Positions 1 through 9,277 of a stretch of 41,337 bases of DNA are shown here, in pieces (the stretch's first letter is position 1; each line of letters begins with the position of its first letter). The notes under the pieces are model-generated. The model had not been told where the DNA came from, made no database searches, and saw only the letters and a list, made by a program, of their open reading frames with translations. Source of the DNA: Candidatus Woesearchaeota archaeon (lineage in GTDB: Archaea; Nanobdellota; Nanobdellia; Woesearchaeales; CG1-02-33-12); contig JAFCCI010000002.1 of assembly GCA_017610275.1 (NCBI GenBank), forward strand, positions 1-41,337, in the 5' to 3' direction. The position numbers and the translations under genes were made by a program.

Positions 1-364
1 AGACACAATAAGAGTATCACTTACGACTAATCCTGTTGATGAAGTCAGAGCTGGAATTGAGATTTTGAATTCCCTTAACATAAGAAAAGGCAGAACAATA
101 ATTTCATGCCCTGGTTGCGGCAGAACAGAAATAGATTTAATTGGATTAACAAAGAACATTGAACAGGCAACAGCACACATAAAAAAACCAATTAAGATAG
201 CTGTTATGGGTTGTGCTGTCAATGGGCCAGGAGAGGCAAAAGAGGCTGATGTTGGTGTTGCTGGTGCAAAAGACTTTGGAATAATCTTCAGAAAGGGAAG
301 GGTTGTTAAGAAGGTAAAGAAAGATAAGATTCTTGAAGCGTTATTAGATGAAATAAGCAAATAG
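1..364 (+). CDS. ispG: HMBPP synthase IspG, 5'-truncated by the window edge
   Basis: The frame is open from position 2 (DTIRVSLT...). It contains ISCPGCGR and VMGCAVNGPGEA, the IspG [4Fe-4S] ligand motifs. Confidence 0.96.
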   Translation, partial: DTIRVSLTTNPVDEVRAGIEILNSLNIRKGRTIISCPGCGRTEIDLIGLTKNIEQATAHIKKPIKIAVMGCAVNGPGEAKEADVGVAGAKDFGIIFRKGRVVKKVKKDKILEALLDEISK

Positions 365-373
365 GTAGATTAT

Positions 374-1063
374 ATGAAAACAACAGCAATAATACTAGCA
401 GCAGGAAAGGCAAAAAGAATGATGACCCATAAAAATAAACTCTTCTTAGAGCTGCGAAAACCAATCTTAATACATTCAATAGAGGCATTTGAAAACCACA
501 AATTAATCAATGAGATAATAATTGTTGTAAACAAAAAGGATTTAGAAGCTTGCAGCAAGATTGTTGAAAAAAATATATTTAAAAAAATAAAAAAAATAAT
601 GGTTGGGGGTGAAACAAGGCAGCAGTCATCATACAATGGTGTTATGGAAGCAGATTCTGATATTATCCTTATTCATGATGGGGCAAGACCGCTTGTAACA
701 GAGGATTCCATAACAAACTCAATCAGGGACTCCTTAAATTATGGAGCTTCTGTTGTTGCAGTACCTCTAAAGGAAACTGTAAAAAAGATTGATAACTGTT
801 TTGTTCAAAACACCCTTGACAGAGATGCATTATGGGTTGCCCAAACCCCACAAACATTCAGGGCAGATATTATTAAAGAGGCGCATGAAACAGCAAAAAG
901 GGATGGTTTTTTTGGAAAAGATGATTCTTCATTAGTTGAAAGAATAGGTTATAAGGTTAGGATATGCAGGGGGCATTATGAAAATTTAAAGATAACAACA
1001 CCAGATGATTTGGTAATAGCAAAGCATATATTTAAGAAAAATAATGGTGATTATTATGATTAG
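374..1063 (+). CDS. ispD: 2-C-methyl-D-erythritol 4-phosphate cytidylyltransferase
   Basis: Motifs ILAAG..KRM, GGETRQQS, IHDGARP, QTPQ and KITTPDDL; MEP operon context. Confidence 0.96.
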   Translation: MKTTAIILAAGKAKRMMTHKNKLFLELRKPILIHSIEAFENHKLINEIIIVVNKKDLEACSKIVEKNIFKKIKKIMVGGETRQQSSYNGVMEADSDIILIHDGARPLVTEDSITNSIRDSLNYGASVVAVPLKETVKKIDNCFVQNTLDRDALWVAQTPQTFRADIIKEAHETAKRDGFFGKDDSSLVERIGYKVRICRGHYENLKITTPDDLVIAKHIFKKNNGDYYD

Positions 1064-1535
1064 GGTTGGTATTGGCCAGGATTCTCATAGATTTATAATA
1101 AAAGACCAAAAAAGCCTTGTTCTTGGTGGTGTAATAATCCCTGATGAAAAGGGCTTAGAAGGAAATTCTGATGGTGATGTTGTGCTGCATGCTATTTTCA
1201 ATGCCCTTAGCCAGGCTGTTGGCAAAAGATCAATAGGTGTCTATTCTGATAAGATGTGCAGAGAAGGAATTAAAGACAGCAGAAAATACCTAAAAGTGGC
1301 ATTGAAGATGGTCAAAGACACTGGTTACAGGGTAAATAATATTGGTGTGATGATTGAGGCAAAAAAACCAAGAATTGAGCCATATGCTGATGATATGAAA
1401 AAGAGCATAGCAGGTATATTAATGATAACACAGGACATGATTGGCATAACAGCCACTTCTGGCGAGGGTCTTACTGCCTTTGGCAGAGGCATGGGAATAC
1501 AGGTATTTGCAATAGCAACTGTTATTAGGTGTTAA
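1056..1535 (+). CDS. ispF: 2-C-methyl-D-erythritol 2,4-cyclodiphosphate synthase
   Basis: MIRVGIGQDSHR (DxH metal motif), SDGDVVLHA, ATSGEGL. Start moved to ATG 1056, 5 nt after a GGTGA RBS. Confidence 0.95.
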   Translation: MIRVGIGQDSHRFIIKDQKSLVLGGVIIPDEKGLEGNSDGDVVLHAIFNALSQAVGKRSIGVYSDKMCREGIKDSRKYLKVALKMVKDTGYRVNNIGVMIEAKKPRIEPYADDMKKSIAGILMITQDMIGITATSGEGLTAFGRGMGIQVFAIATVIRC

Positions 1536-1539
1536 TATA

Positions 1540-2406
1540 ATGGAAATAATCCAAAAGGCATATGCCAAAATCAACCTTTCCTTGGATATCATTAAGAGGA
1601 TTTCTTCTGGATATCATAAAATAGAATTTGTTATACAGGAACTTGAGCTGCATGATATAATTAAAATAAAGAAAATAGAGAAAGGAATCAAACTTAATTG
1701 CAATACTAATATTTGTCCAGCTAATGAAAACCTTGCTTACAAAGCAGCAGAGCTTCTTATTAAAAAATTTAAAATAAACAATGGTGTTGAAATAACTATT
1801 GAGAAGAATATCCCTATTGCATCTGGTCTTGGCGGAGGAAGTTCAGATGCTGCTGCAACATTAAAAGGCATGAATAAGCTCTTTAACCTAAATTTATCAG
1901 AGGAGGAATTAATTGAAATATCTGGCGATATTGGCATGGATGTTCCATTCTTTATTCTTGGCAGCACGGTTCACGTAACTGGCCGGGGGGAAAATGTCAA
2001 AAGAATAGAAACCATGCCCAATAACATTTACTTTGTTCTGGCAAAACCAAAGTTTAGTATTTCAACAGAATATGCTTATAATAATATTGATTATGAAAAA
2101 ACAGGCAAGCAGCTAAAAACAGCTGAGATGATTAATACAATCATGGAAAAAGATATTAAAAAAATTGCAGAGAATATGCATAATGATTTTGAATATTCTA
2201 CCTTTAGGGAATATCCAATTATTAATGAAATTAAGCAAAAAATGATAGAAAATAAAGCATTAAATGCACTGATGTCTGGCTCTGGCCCAACTGTTTTTGG
2301 GATAACCAAAGAGAAAGCTGTTGCAGAAAACATATGTAACAGTTTAAAAGAAGACCCTTATTTTAAGAAAAATATTGAGTTTGTTTGTGTAACACAAACA
2401 AGGTGA
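1540..2406 (+). CDS. ispE: 4-diphosphocytidyl-2-C-methyl-D-erythritol kinase (GHMP family)
   Basis: AKINLSL, IPIASGLGGGSSDAA (GHMP motif), MSGSGPTVF. Confidence 0.96.
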   Translation: MEIIQKAYAKINLSLDIIKRISSGYHKIEFVIQELELHDIIKIKKIEKGIKLNCNTNICPANENLAYKAAELLIKKFKINNGVEITIEKNIPIASGLGGGSSDAAATLKGMNKLFNLNLSEEELIEISGDIGMDVPFFILGSTVHVTGRGENVKRIETMPNNIYFVLAKPKFSISTEYAYNNIDYEKTGKQLKTAEMINTIMEKDIKKIAENMHNDFEYSTFREYPIINEIKQKMIENKALNALMSGSGPTVFGITKEKAVAENICNSLKEDPYFKKNIEFVCVTQTR

Positions 2407-2410
2407 AATT

Positions 2411-3217
2411 ATGAAAGTTATTTGTGCAGAAAACATGGGATTTTGTTCTGGAGTCAAGAGGGCATTGGATATGGTTTTAAATGAAAGAAATGCTTATACA
2501 TTAGGGCAATTAATACATAATCCACAGGTTGTTGAACTTCTTGAGAAAAAAGGAATTAAAGTTGTTAATTCAGTTGATGAAGCTGATAGAACCTTGATTA
2601 TAACTGCTCATGGGACACCAAAATCAAATATTGAAAAAGCAAAGAAGAAGGAATTAAGAATAATTGATACAACTTGCCCCCTTGTAAAAAGGGTTCATGA
2701 GCTTGCTGTGGAGTTTGACAAAAAAGAATACAAAATAATTTTATTGGGTGATAAGGAACACCAGGAAGTTAAGGGGACTGCAAGTAATGCAAAAGATGTT
2801 ACAATTATAAGTTCTGATGAAGAAGCAAGCAAAATGAAGTTGGATAAGGCTTGTTTCCTGTCCCAAACAACGCAGTCATTAGAAAAATTTAAAGAAATTG
2901 CTGATATATTAAAGAAAAATATTCCTGAACTGAAAATTTTTAATACAATATGTGATGCTACAAAGAAAAGGCAGGATTCAGCTATGAATCTTGCTAAAAA
3001 GGTTGATTTAATGATTATTATTGGCGGTTATAACAGTGCTAATACAAAAAGATTAAAGGAAATATGCAACAAGATAGTTGAGACAAAACACATCGAAAAA
3101 GCTGATGAAATTGATTTTGAATGGTTTAAAGATAAAAAAATAGTTGGATTGACAGCCGGAGCATCAACACCTGATCAGGTAATTAAGAGAGTTAAAGATA
3201 GAATAGAAAAGTATTAA
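2411..3217 (+). CDS. ispH: HMBPP reductase IspH/LytB
   Basis: Three cluster cysteines (GFCSGV, TTCPLV, TICDAT), plus HNP, SQTT, SANT and TAGASTP. Confidence 0.97.
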   Translation: MKVICAENMGFCSGVKRALDMVLNERNAYTLGQLIHNPQVVELLEKKGIKVVNSVDEADRTLIITAHGTPKSNIEKAKKKELRIIDTTCPLVKRVHELAVEFDKKEYKIILLGDKEHQEVKGTASNAKDVTIISSDEEASKMKLDKACFLSQTTQSLEKFKEIADILKKNIPELKIFNTICDATKKRQDSAMNLAKKVDLMIIIGGYNSANTKRLKEICNKIVETKHIEKADEIDFEWFKDKKIVGLTAGASTPDQVIKRVKDRIEKY

Positions 3218-3218
3218 T

Positions 3219-3917
3219 TTATTTCCCGAAGCGCCTGTCCCTGTTTTTGTATTCTTCAATTACTTTTATTAGGTCTTCTTTTTCAAACTCAGGCCAAGCC
3301 TTTTCAAGAAAAAACCATTCTGAATATATTGACTGCCATGGCAGAAAGTTGCTTGTTCTTCTATCGCCGCCAGTCCTTATTATGAGATCTGGCTCTGTAT
3401 TCAAGTAAAGGTTTTCTGAGAATGTTTCTTCATTAATATTCTTTATCTCCAACTCTTTGTTCTCAACTTTTTCAGCAACCTTTTTCACAGCATCAATAAT
3501 TTCTTCCCTTCCGCCATATGCAAGGGCAATGTTAATTTTGTAATCATTATAATCCTTAGTTAAGTCAATAACTTTTTTTATTTTTTCCTGCACCTTTTCT
3601 GGGAACAAGTAATACCTGCCAATTATATTTATTCTTATCTTATCTTTATGAATATCTTCGTTTGTTGATACTTCATTAAATCCTTTTTCAAAGAGATTCA
3701 TAAGATAGTCAAATTCTTTTTTGGGTCTGTTGAAGTTCTGCATAGAGAAACAGTAAAGTGTTATCTCCTTAATTTCTAGTTCCTTGCACCATTTAAACAG
3801 TTTTTTAATCTTTTTAAAGCCTAATTCATGGCCTTTCCATGGCTCTAGCATAAGCCTTTTTGCAAAGCGCCTGTTCCCATCTAAAACAATGCCTATATGC
3901 TCTGGATTCTTGTTCAT
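3219..3917 (-). CDS. uppS: cis-prenyltransferase (polyprenyl diphosphate synthase)
   Basis: PEHIGIVLDGNRRFA, FSMQNFNRP, YGGREEI, PDLIIRTGG..RTSNFL and C-terminal RRFGK. Confidence 0.96.
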   Translation of the reverse strand: MNKNPEHIGIVLDGNRRFAKRLMLEPWKGHELGFKKIKKLFKWCKELEIKEITLYCFSMQNFNRPKKEFDYLMNLFEKGFNEVSTNEDIHKDKIRINIIGRYYLFPEKVQEKIKKVIDLTKDYNDYKINIALAYGGREEIIDAVKKVAEKVENKELEIKNINEETFSENLYLNTEPDLIIRTGGDRRTSNFLPWQSIYSEWFFLEKAWPEFEKEDLIKVIEEYKNRDRRFGK

Positions 3918-3939
3918 AGAATAAGGTGAAAATAGGTTA

Positions 3940-3947
3940 TTTATAAA
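3940..3947 (-). promoter_or_regulatory. TATA box of a probable leaderless uppS transcript
   Basis: TTTATAAA about 23 nt upstream of the uppS ATG, preceded by an A-rich BRE-like stretch; no RBS. Confidence 0.55.
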
Positions 3948-3970
3948 GGTTTTTGTATATTTGATAATTT

Positions 3971-5323
3971 TTAGTTTTTAATAAAAAAATTTATTTTATT
4001 TATGAGATTATTTGTTCTTTCTAGACCTTTCTGATAACCTAAGAGTTCATACCTATTTTTTATCATTGCCAATGGATTTTTTATAAGATAGTTGAGTCTT
4101 ATATCAGCACCTTTAATTCTTCCTGTTTTTTCTCCATATGCAATTTCTTCTTCATATTGACTGAGTTCTTGGTTAATCATTCCAACAGCATAGTTGAACT
4201 TATTATTTATCTCAAAATTAAGTTTATTTATTTTGGCAGTGTATTCATTAATTTGTTCTTCAAGCCTTTTTTCACTTTTCCAGTTGTTATAATTTTTTAT
4301 TTGCATTGTTTTTGCTTTAATTTCCTTGATTAATGATAATTCCTTATTTTGAAGTCCAAGATTAAGCAATGGATCAAGCTGCCTTTGTAAACTCTTAACC
4401 TTATATTTATCCTTGTTGATATTACCCTTTACATTTTCCAGGAGTATAAAGTAATCCTGTTTTTTCTTGTTTATTTGCTCTTCAATCTTATTCAGTTCTG
4501 AAAGCATCTTTGTGTTTCTAAAGCAGCTATACAAATACCTTAGGCTATTGTTCTTTGATATTAAATCTTCAAGCTTTTCCATGGTTCCGGGCTTTTCCCA
4601 GTTGTTAGCACGAAAAATGTTATTTACTAGTTTAAATTTAGTGTCTATTTTTTTTATTTCAGAATTTATTTTCTTTTTTGTATTTTCTTTAAGATTAACT
4701 ACCTGATTAAGAAGCAGCGTAATATCCTCCTTAAAGTAATTGTCATTTTGAAGTATCTGCATCTTTTCTGTTTCGGAATCAAGTTTCTCAATCATATCAT
4801 AAATCCTGTCTATTTTCTGTTTTGTGATATTTCCATTGAAGGTTATTTCAACAAGATTTTTGTTTTTTTGAATTTTTTCATTTAATTGGGTTTTTTCATG
4901 AATAAAATTAATTAATTGTTCACTGTTTTTAATATATTTTTTTTGAAAGTGTATTATTTCTCCTTTTTCAGCTATAGAATCAAAATTTTCATCAAACTTT
5001 TTGTTGAATTCAATTATTTTATTTAAGTTGTAAGAGTCATTGCATATCTTTTCTGCTATTGTTTCAAATGTCTCACCTTCCATTACCTGGTAATATCTTG
5101 AACTTTCAAATAAGATGTCCTGTTTCCTCTTAACTTTATAAGCTTCAACAGAACCATAACCAATAGATGTAATTATTAATAAACCAATAATTGCTTGTTT
5201 AATTTTTTTCTTAATAGAATTTATTTTTGACCCTTCATCATTTATCTTATTGCTTATTTTTCTGTCTAAATCATTAAATTTTGATTCAGTGTCCATTATG
5301 AGGCTTTCAAGTTTTGATTCCAT
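3971..5323 (-). CDS. Single-pass membrane protein with LysM domain and long coiled coil
   Basis: TM helix AIIGLLIITSIGYG; LysM-like YYQVMEGETFETIAEK...IIEFN; heptad-rich remainder. Confidence 0.7.
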   Translation of the reverse strand: MESKLESLIMDTESKFNDLDRKISNKINDEGSKINSIKKKIKQAIIGLLIITSIGYGSVEAYKVKRKQDILFESSRYYQVMEGETFETIAEKICNDSYNLNKIIEFNKKFDENFDSIAEKGEIIHFQKKYIKNSEQLINFIHEKTQLNEKIQKNKNLVEITFNGNITKQKIDRIYDMIEKLDSETEKMQILQNDNYFKEDITLLLNQVVNLKENTKKKINSEIKKIDTKFKLVNNIFRANNWEKPGTMEKLEDLISKNNSLRYLYSCFRNTKMLSELNKIEEQINKKKQDYFILLENVKGNINKDKYKVKSLQRQLDPLLNLGLQNKELSLIKEIKAKTMQIKNYNNWKSEKRLEEQINEYTAKINKLNFEINNKFNYAVGMINQELSQYEEEIAYGEKTGRIKGADIRLNYLIKNPLAMIKNRYELLGYQKGLERTNNLINKINFFIKN

Positions 5324-5324
5324 T

Positions 5325-6311
5325 TTATGTTTGGATTAATTCTTTAATTTTATTAAACTGATTACGATATTCTGATAACTCTTTTTTAGCAAATTCAAAT
5401 TTTCTCTCTCTTATGAATGGAGCAAAATAACTTTTCTTATTATTATCATTTAGATTGTATTTTTTCTCCAAATTAAACATATTTTTTCTTATTATTTCCA
5501 TACCTTCCACTGCTTTTTCGTTAAACAAATTCCTTAAATTCTGTATATGTGATTTATATTCCTCAAGAATAACTTTGTTTACAGCATAAATGGGTGATTG
5601 TAAATTAGTTGAAATATTCTTTTTTATATCATATAAAAGATAGATATCTTCTTCTGAGATTTTATATTGGTTAAGAAATATTCCTTTGATTTTTTTTATG
5701 TCCTTGCAAACATTATACAAATTTGCAAATTCAAGTGCTTTTTGTTCAGGATTTAATTCAGAATTAATTATCTTCTCTAAATGAGCTTTGTCAAGCATCG
5801 GCATCAGAACATCCATAAAAATTATTGCCTTTAAATCTTTTATATCATTGGATTGTTTTATTAAGCCCTTTATTTCATTATGATTTAATAATCCCATATA
5901 AGATGTAGAAAGAATTTCAAAATTCATGTCATTACAATACTTTAAAAGTGAATCAAATACTTTTGGTCTTTTATTGTATCTATGTTTTTCTTTTTCAACT
6001 AAGCCTATTGCACAATAATCAATTAAGGAATTTGAATCCTGTTTATTTAACAATTGGATAATTTCTTTTTTGTCTTTTTTGTCAAACCCAAGATAATAAT
6101 CAGATAAAATAGTATTCCTTAAGTCTGTAAAATCAACTTTTTCTTTAATTACCTCCTTTTTTAGATTGTCAATAAAATAATTTAATATTATATTGTCTTC
6201 AATTACATCAGAAATTCTTGTAAAATCAGGTTTTATAGTGCTTGCTATAGATTTAACTCTTTCTTCCAAACTTTTCTCTGAATTAAATTGATTTTCATCT
6301 TCTTTTTTGAT
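5325..6311 (-). CDS. Hypothetical helical protein (probable ATC start; ORF track uses TTG 6269)
   Basis: Operonic, 1 nt from the next gene. AGGTGA lies 6 nt before an in-frame ATC at 6311. Confidence 0.6.
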   Translation of the reverse strand: MKKEDENQFNSEKSLEERVKSIASTIKPDFTRISDVIEDNIILNYFIDNLKKEVIKEKVDFTDLRNTILSDYYLGFDKKDKKEIIQLLNKQDSNSLIDYCAIGLVEKEKHRYNKRPKVFDSLLKYCNDMNFEILSTSYMGLLNHNEIKGLIKQSNDIKDLKAIIFMDVLMPMLDKAHLEKIINSELNPEQKALEFANLYNVCKDIKKIKGIFLNQYKISEEDIYLLYDIKKNISTNLQSPIYAVNKVILEEYKSHIQNLRNLFNEKAVEGMEIIRKNMFNLEKKYNLNDNNKKSYFAPFIRERKFEFAKKELSEYRNQFNKIKELIQT

Positions 6312-6323
6312 CTTAACTCACCT

Positions 6324-7010
6324 TTACGATTTTCCATTTCTCCAGTAAATAAAATTTTCAGTGATTTCATTATCATCTAAAACCTTATATTTTCTATGAT
6401 GAATATTAAACTTGTTATAAGCAGGATCAACAAGAATAGGATTATTTTGGACATAAACAACAGCACATCCATGATTAACTTTTTTGTTATCACAATCAAC
6501 CTTAACACTTGCATACTTTGACTTTAGCCCTGCTGCCCGCGCCATTGTTATATAGAGAAAAGCCATCTCTCCGCAAATCCCTAATTTATTTTCTAAAGTT
6601 TCCTTTGAGTTTTGATATCTATTGTTATTCCTTAAATTATCATACTCTATATTTTGGTGTATCCAATTAAATATTCTTTTGGCTTTTTCCTCATCATCCT
6701 TTATATTAGTAGTATAATTCTTAATTATTTTTACAAGTTCAGAGTTTATTATAAAAGGGTTTTCAATGCTTTTATCAGCTAATAAAACATTATATCCCTT
6801 GGTAATATTATTAAGATTAAAATATGGAACAGATGGAACTTTATACTCTTTTTTGATTTTTTCAATGAGATATGTATTTTGATTATTCTTCCTAATATTT
6901 TTCAACTTATCTTCTGAATTCTTTCTTTTAATTTTGTTTAGAAGGTCATCACTATTTTTTCTCTGTGTTTTTCTTATGACTTTCCCATTTATTATTTCCC
7001 ACAAATTCAT
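6324..7010 (-). CDS. Transglutaminase-like (Cys-His-Asp) domain protein
   Basis: IFNWIHQNIEYD, GICGEMA, HGCAVV and VDPA give the transglutaminase-core triad. ATG 7010 lies just after the upstream gene's stop. Confidence 0.85.
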   Translation of the reverse strand: MNLWEIINGKVIRKTQRKNSDDLLNKIKRKNSEDKLKNIRKNNQNTYLIEKIKKEYKVPSVPYFNLNNITKGYNVLLADKSIENPFIINSELVKIIKNYTTNIKDDEEKAKRIFNWIHQNIEYDNLRNNNRYQNSKETLENKLGICGEMAFLYITMARAAGLKSKYASVKVDCDNKKVNHGCAVVYVQNNPILVDPAYNKFNIHHRKYKVLDDNEITENFIYWRNGKS

Positions 7011-7011
7011 T

Positions 7012-9276
7012 TTAACCTGAAGCATCGTAGAAAATTTTGTTGAATTCTTTTTGGAGTTGAGGGCTTAATTTGGATATATCATCAGAAAGAGTCTTACTCA
7101 ATTCAATTTTGGTATTGTCTTTAATTTTGTATTGGTCTTTTAGTTCATATGGTTTAAGAGAGCCCTTAGTTCCAGCATTTTTCAATGATCCTATATTGTA
7201 TTTTGTTCCAAACTCCCTAATCTTTTGCTGCCTGTTTTTTTGATTTTGATTACTTGCTGAGCTTTCATTAGCTGCATAAACTAATTCCCATAACCCTGGA
7301 TTTCCAGTTTCCTCATCCATAACCCCCCAAAGGGTATCTCCTTTTTGAATTACATACTCCCTTTTGTTATCTTGATTATTTATAGCTGTTTTGCCAATAT
7401 GCTGAGTGATATCCTCCCTAGTATAATTTACTTTGTTACCAGGATTGTAAACAACTAAAGGAATATTTTCTCTTTCTATAATCTGCTCTGCTTTTTTAGT
7501 TGACTGGATATCTTTAATTGAATTAATTCGCTTATGATTAGCATACATAAGTGATCCTGCCCCAATTGCAAGGGATAATACTCCTATAAGACCAATTTTC
7601 CAGTATTTTTTCACAGTCCTTTTTATGAAACTTTTTGTTTTTACAGAATAATCTCTCAAGGTGTTACTTATATAATTGAGTGGATTATATTTGATTATAT
7701 TTGGCGGCTCTTTTTTATTATTTTTTCTTCTCCAGTTCACATTATTTCCATTATTTTCATATTTATGAAGGATCCTGTAAAGTGTAGATGTGCTGAATTT
7801 TTTCTCTGGCTCATTTTCCCGCCTGTTTTTATTTAACTCACTGCGTAAATTCTTAACCTTAACATTTGTGTTATTATACAAATTAATAATATCTGCTTTA
7901 TACTCATCAGGAATCTTATTTGCTCTTTTTTCTATATTATAACCATTATTTTCTGCTTCCCTTAGAATTTTGTCAAGAGTATAATTATTGATATTATATT
8001 TGCTGCATATCTGTTTTCTGGTTAATTCTTTATAATTGTTATACTTATCTATAATCCCCTCTAGGTTATTATGCGGAGTTCTATGTACAACTTCATTTAT
8101 TTGAGGCTCAATAGTCTTTTTCTCTTCAGCTGAATTGTTTAATTTATTATCATATATTATTGCTGGCAATTGTTTTATATGTTCAGTTGGAGTCTCTTTT
8201 TTATATATATTCTTTTGTTCTTCACCTTTGTCTTTTAGCTTTTCTTCAGGAGTTTTTGTTATTATTTCTTCTAAGTTTTTATTCACTTCCTCATTTTTTT
8301 CAGAAGGCTTAACCACAATCATATTAAAATTATTAACCCTTGTTTCTACTCCACTTATGATTTTTCTTAATTCATAGTCTAATACTTTTCTAGTTGGAAG
8401 CTTTCCGTTATGGTGAACCCTTTTTGATACATGATCAACTAATTTTTTATAGTCTTCAAATTGAACGTTTCCATCATCTATAACCTCTAGAGCAACATCT
8501 TTTCCTTTTACATAATTTATTTTTTCATCTCCCTTCCCTTTATAAGAAACTTCTAAGTAAGGTTGTATATTTTTGCTGTTGGTTACCATGCTATAAGCAT
8601 ATGAAATTTTTATTGGGTCAGCTTTTTCAACTTTGGCTATTTTAACATCCTTAAGAAGAGGTATAATCTCTGAATTAATCTTATCTATTGACAACCTGAA
8701 AGAAGGACTATTGTTATTATTTTGATTTATTAATAAATAATTTTTACCATCTTTATTAGAATAATTTAAGTTATAACCTCCTTCCAAATTGTCTATATCA
8801 ACGAAATTGTCTATAGTAATTTTATTATTAGGGAACACACTATAAGAAACTCCTTTAAAATTTTCTCTGTCATCTGGAGAATGAAAAGGTCTATGATCCA
8901 GTCCATGGCTATGCCACCAGCCTATTATTTTAGACCCTCTTCTCTGAATTTTTTTGAATTCATTCATCTCAGAAGATGGATCACCAATACATTTTGAAGA
9001 TGTAACAGATTGGTTATGAGCTAAATATATATCATTAACAACATCTTTATTGGTTCCTTCTGGCGCAATTAAATAACCCATGGCTTCTACTGATTCATTA
9101 AATAATATTGGTGCTATCGTAGAATAAAAGTTTGCCTTTAATAAAGCACTTTTTTTTATTTTTAATTTTTTAATTAAATTATTATTATTATTATTATTTG
9201 AGTTTAGAGTACTATTTAAGTTGAAATGCTCTTCTTTTTTTAAAAGTAATTTCCTTATTTTATTTTTTATTGGCAT
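7012..9276 (-). CDS. JAB/MPN+ metalloisopeptidase - HTH-like repeats - TM helix - LysM fusion
   Basis: EAMGYL...GWWHSHGLDHRPFHSPDD (JAMM motif); LTRKQICSKYNINNYTLDKIL and FSTSTLYRILHKY (HTH-like); TM WKIGLIGVLSLAIGAGSLMYA; YVIQKGDTLW (LysM). Confidence 0.8.
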   Translation of the reverse strand: MPIKNKIRKLLLKKEEHFNLNSTLNSNNNNNNNLIKKLKIKKSALLKANFYSTIAPILFNESVEAMGYLIAPEGTNKDVVNDIYLAHNQSVTSSKCIGDPSSEMNEFKKIQRRGSKIIGWWHSHGLDHRPFHSPDDRENFKGVSYSVFPNNKITIDNFVDIDNLEGGYNLNYSNKDGKNYLLINQNNNNSPSFRLSIDKINSEIIPLLKDVKIAKVEKADPIKISYAYSMVTNSKNIQPYLEVSYKGKGDEKINYVKGKDVALEVIDDGNVQFEDYKKLVDHVSKRVHHNGKLPTRKVLDYELRKIISGVETRVNNFNMIVVKPSEKNEEVNKNLEEIITKTPEEKLKDKGEEQKNIYKKETPTEHIKQLPAIIYDNKLNNSAEEKKTIEPQINEVVHRTPHNNLEGIIDKYNNYKELTRKQICSKYNINNYTLDKILREAENNGYNIEKRANKIPDEYKADIINLYNNTNVKVKNLRSELNKNRRENEPEKKFSTSTLYRILHKYENNGNNVNWRRKNNKKEPPNIIKYNPLNYISNTLRDYSVKTKSFIKRTVKKYWKIGLIGVLSLAIGAGSLMYANHKRINSIKDIQSTKKAEQIIERENIPLVVYNPGNKVNYTREDITQHIGKTAINNQDNKREYVIQKGDTLWGVMDEETGNPGLWELVYAANESSASNQNQKNRQQKIREFGTKYNIGSLKNAGTKGSLKPYELKDQYKIKDNTKIELSKTLSDDISKLSPQLQKEFNKIFYDASG

Positions 9277-9277
9277 T

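Noticed and set aside
9178-9198. (AAT)n microsatellite encoding poly-Asn
   Set aside because: In-frame low-complexity tract typical of AT-rich genes; length change would not switch phase.
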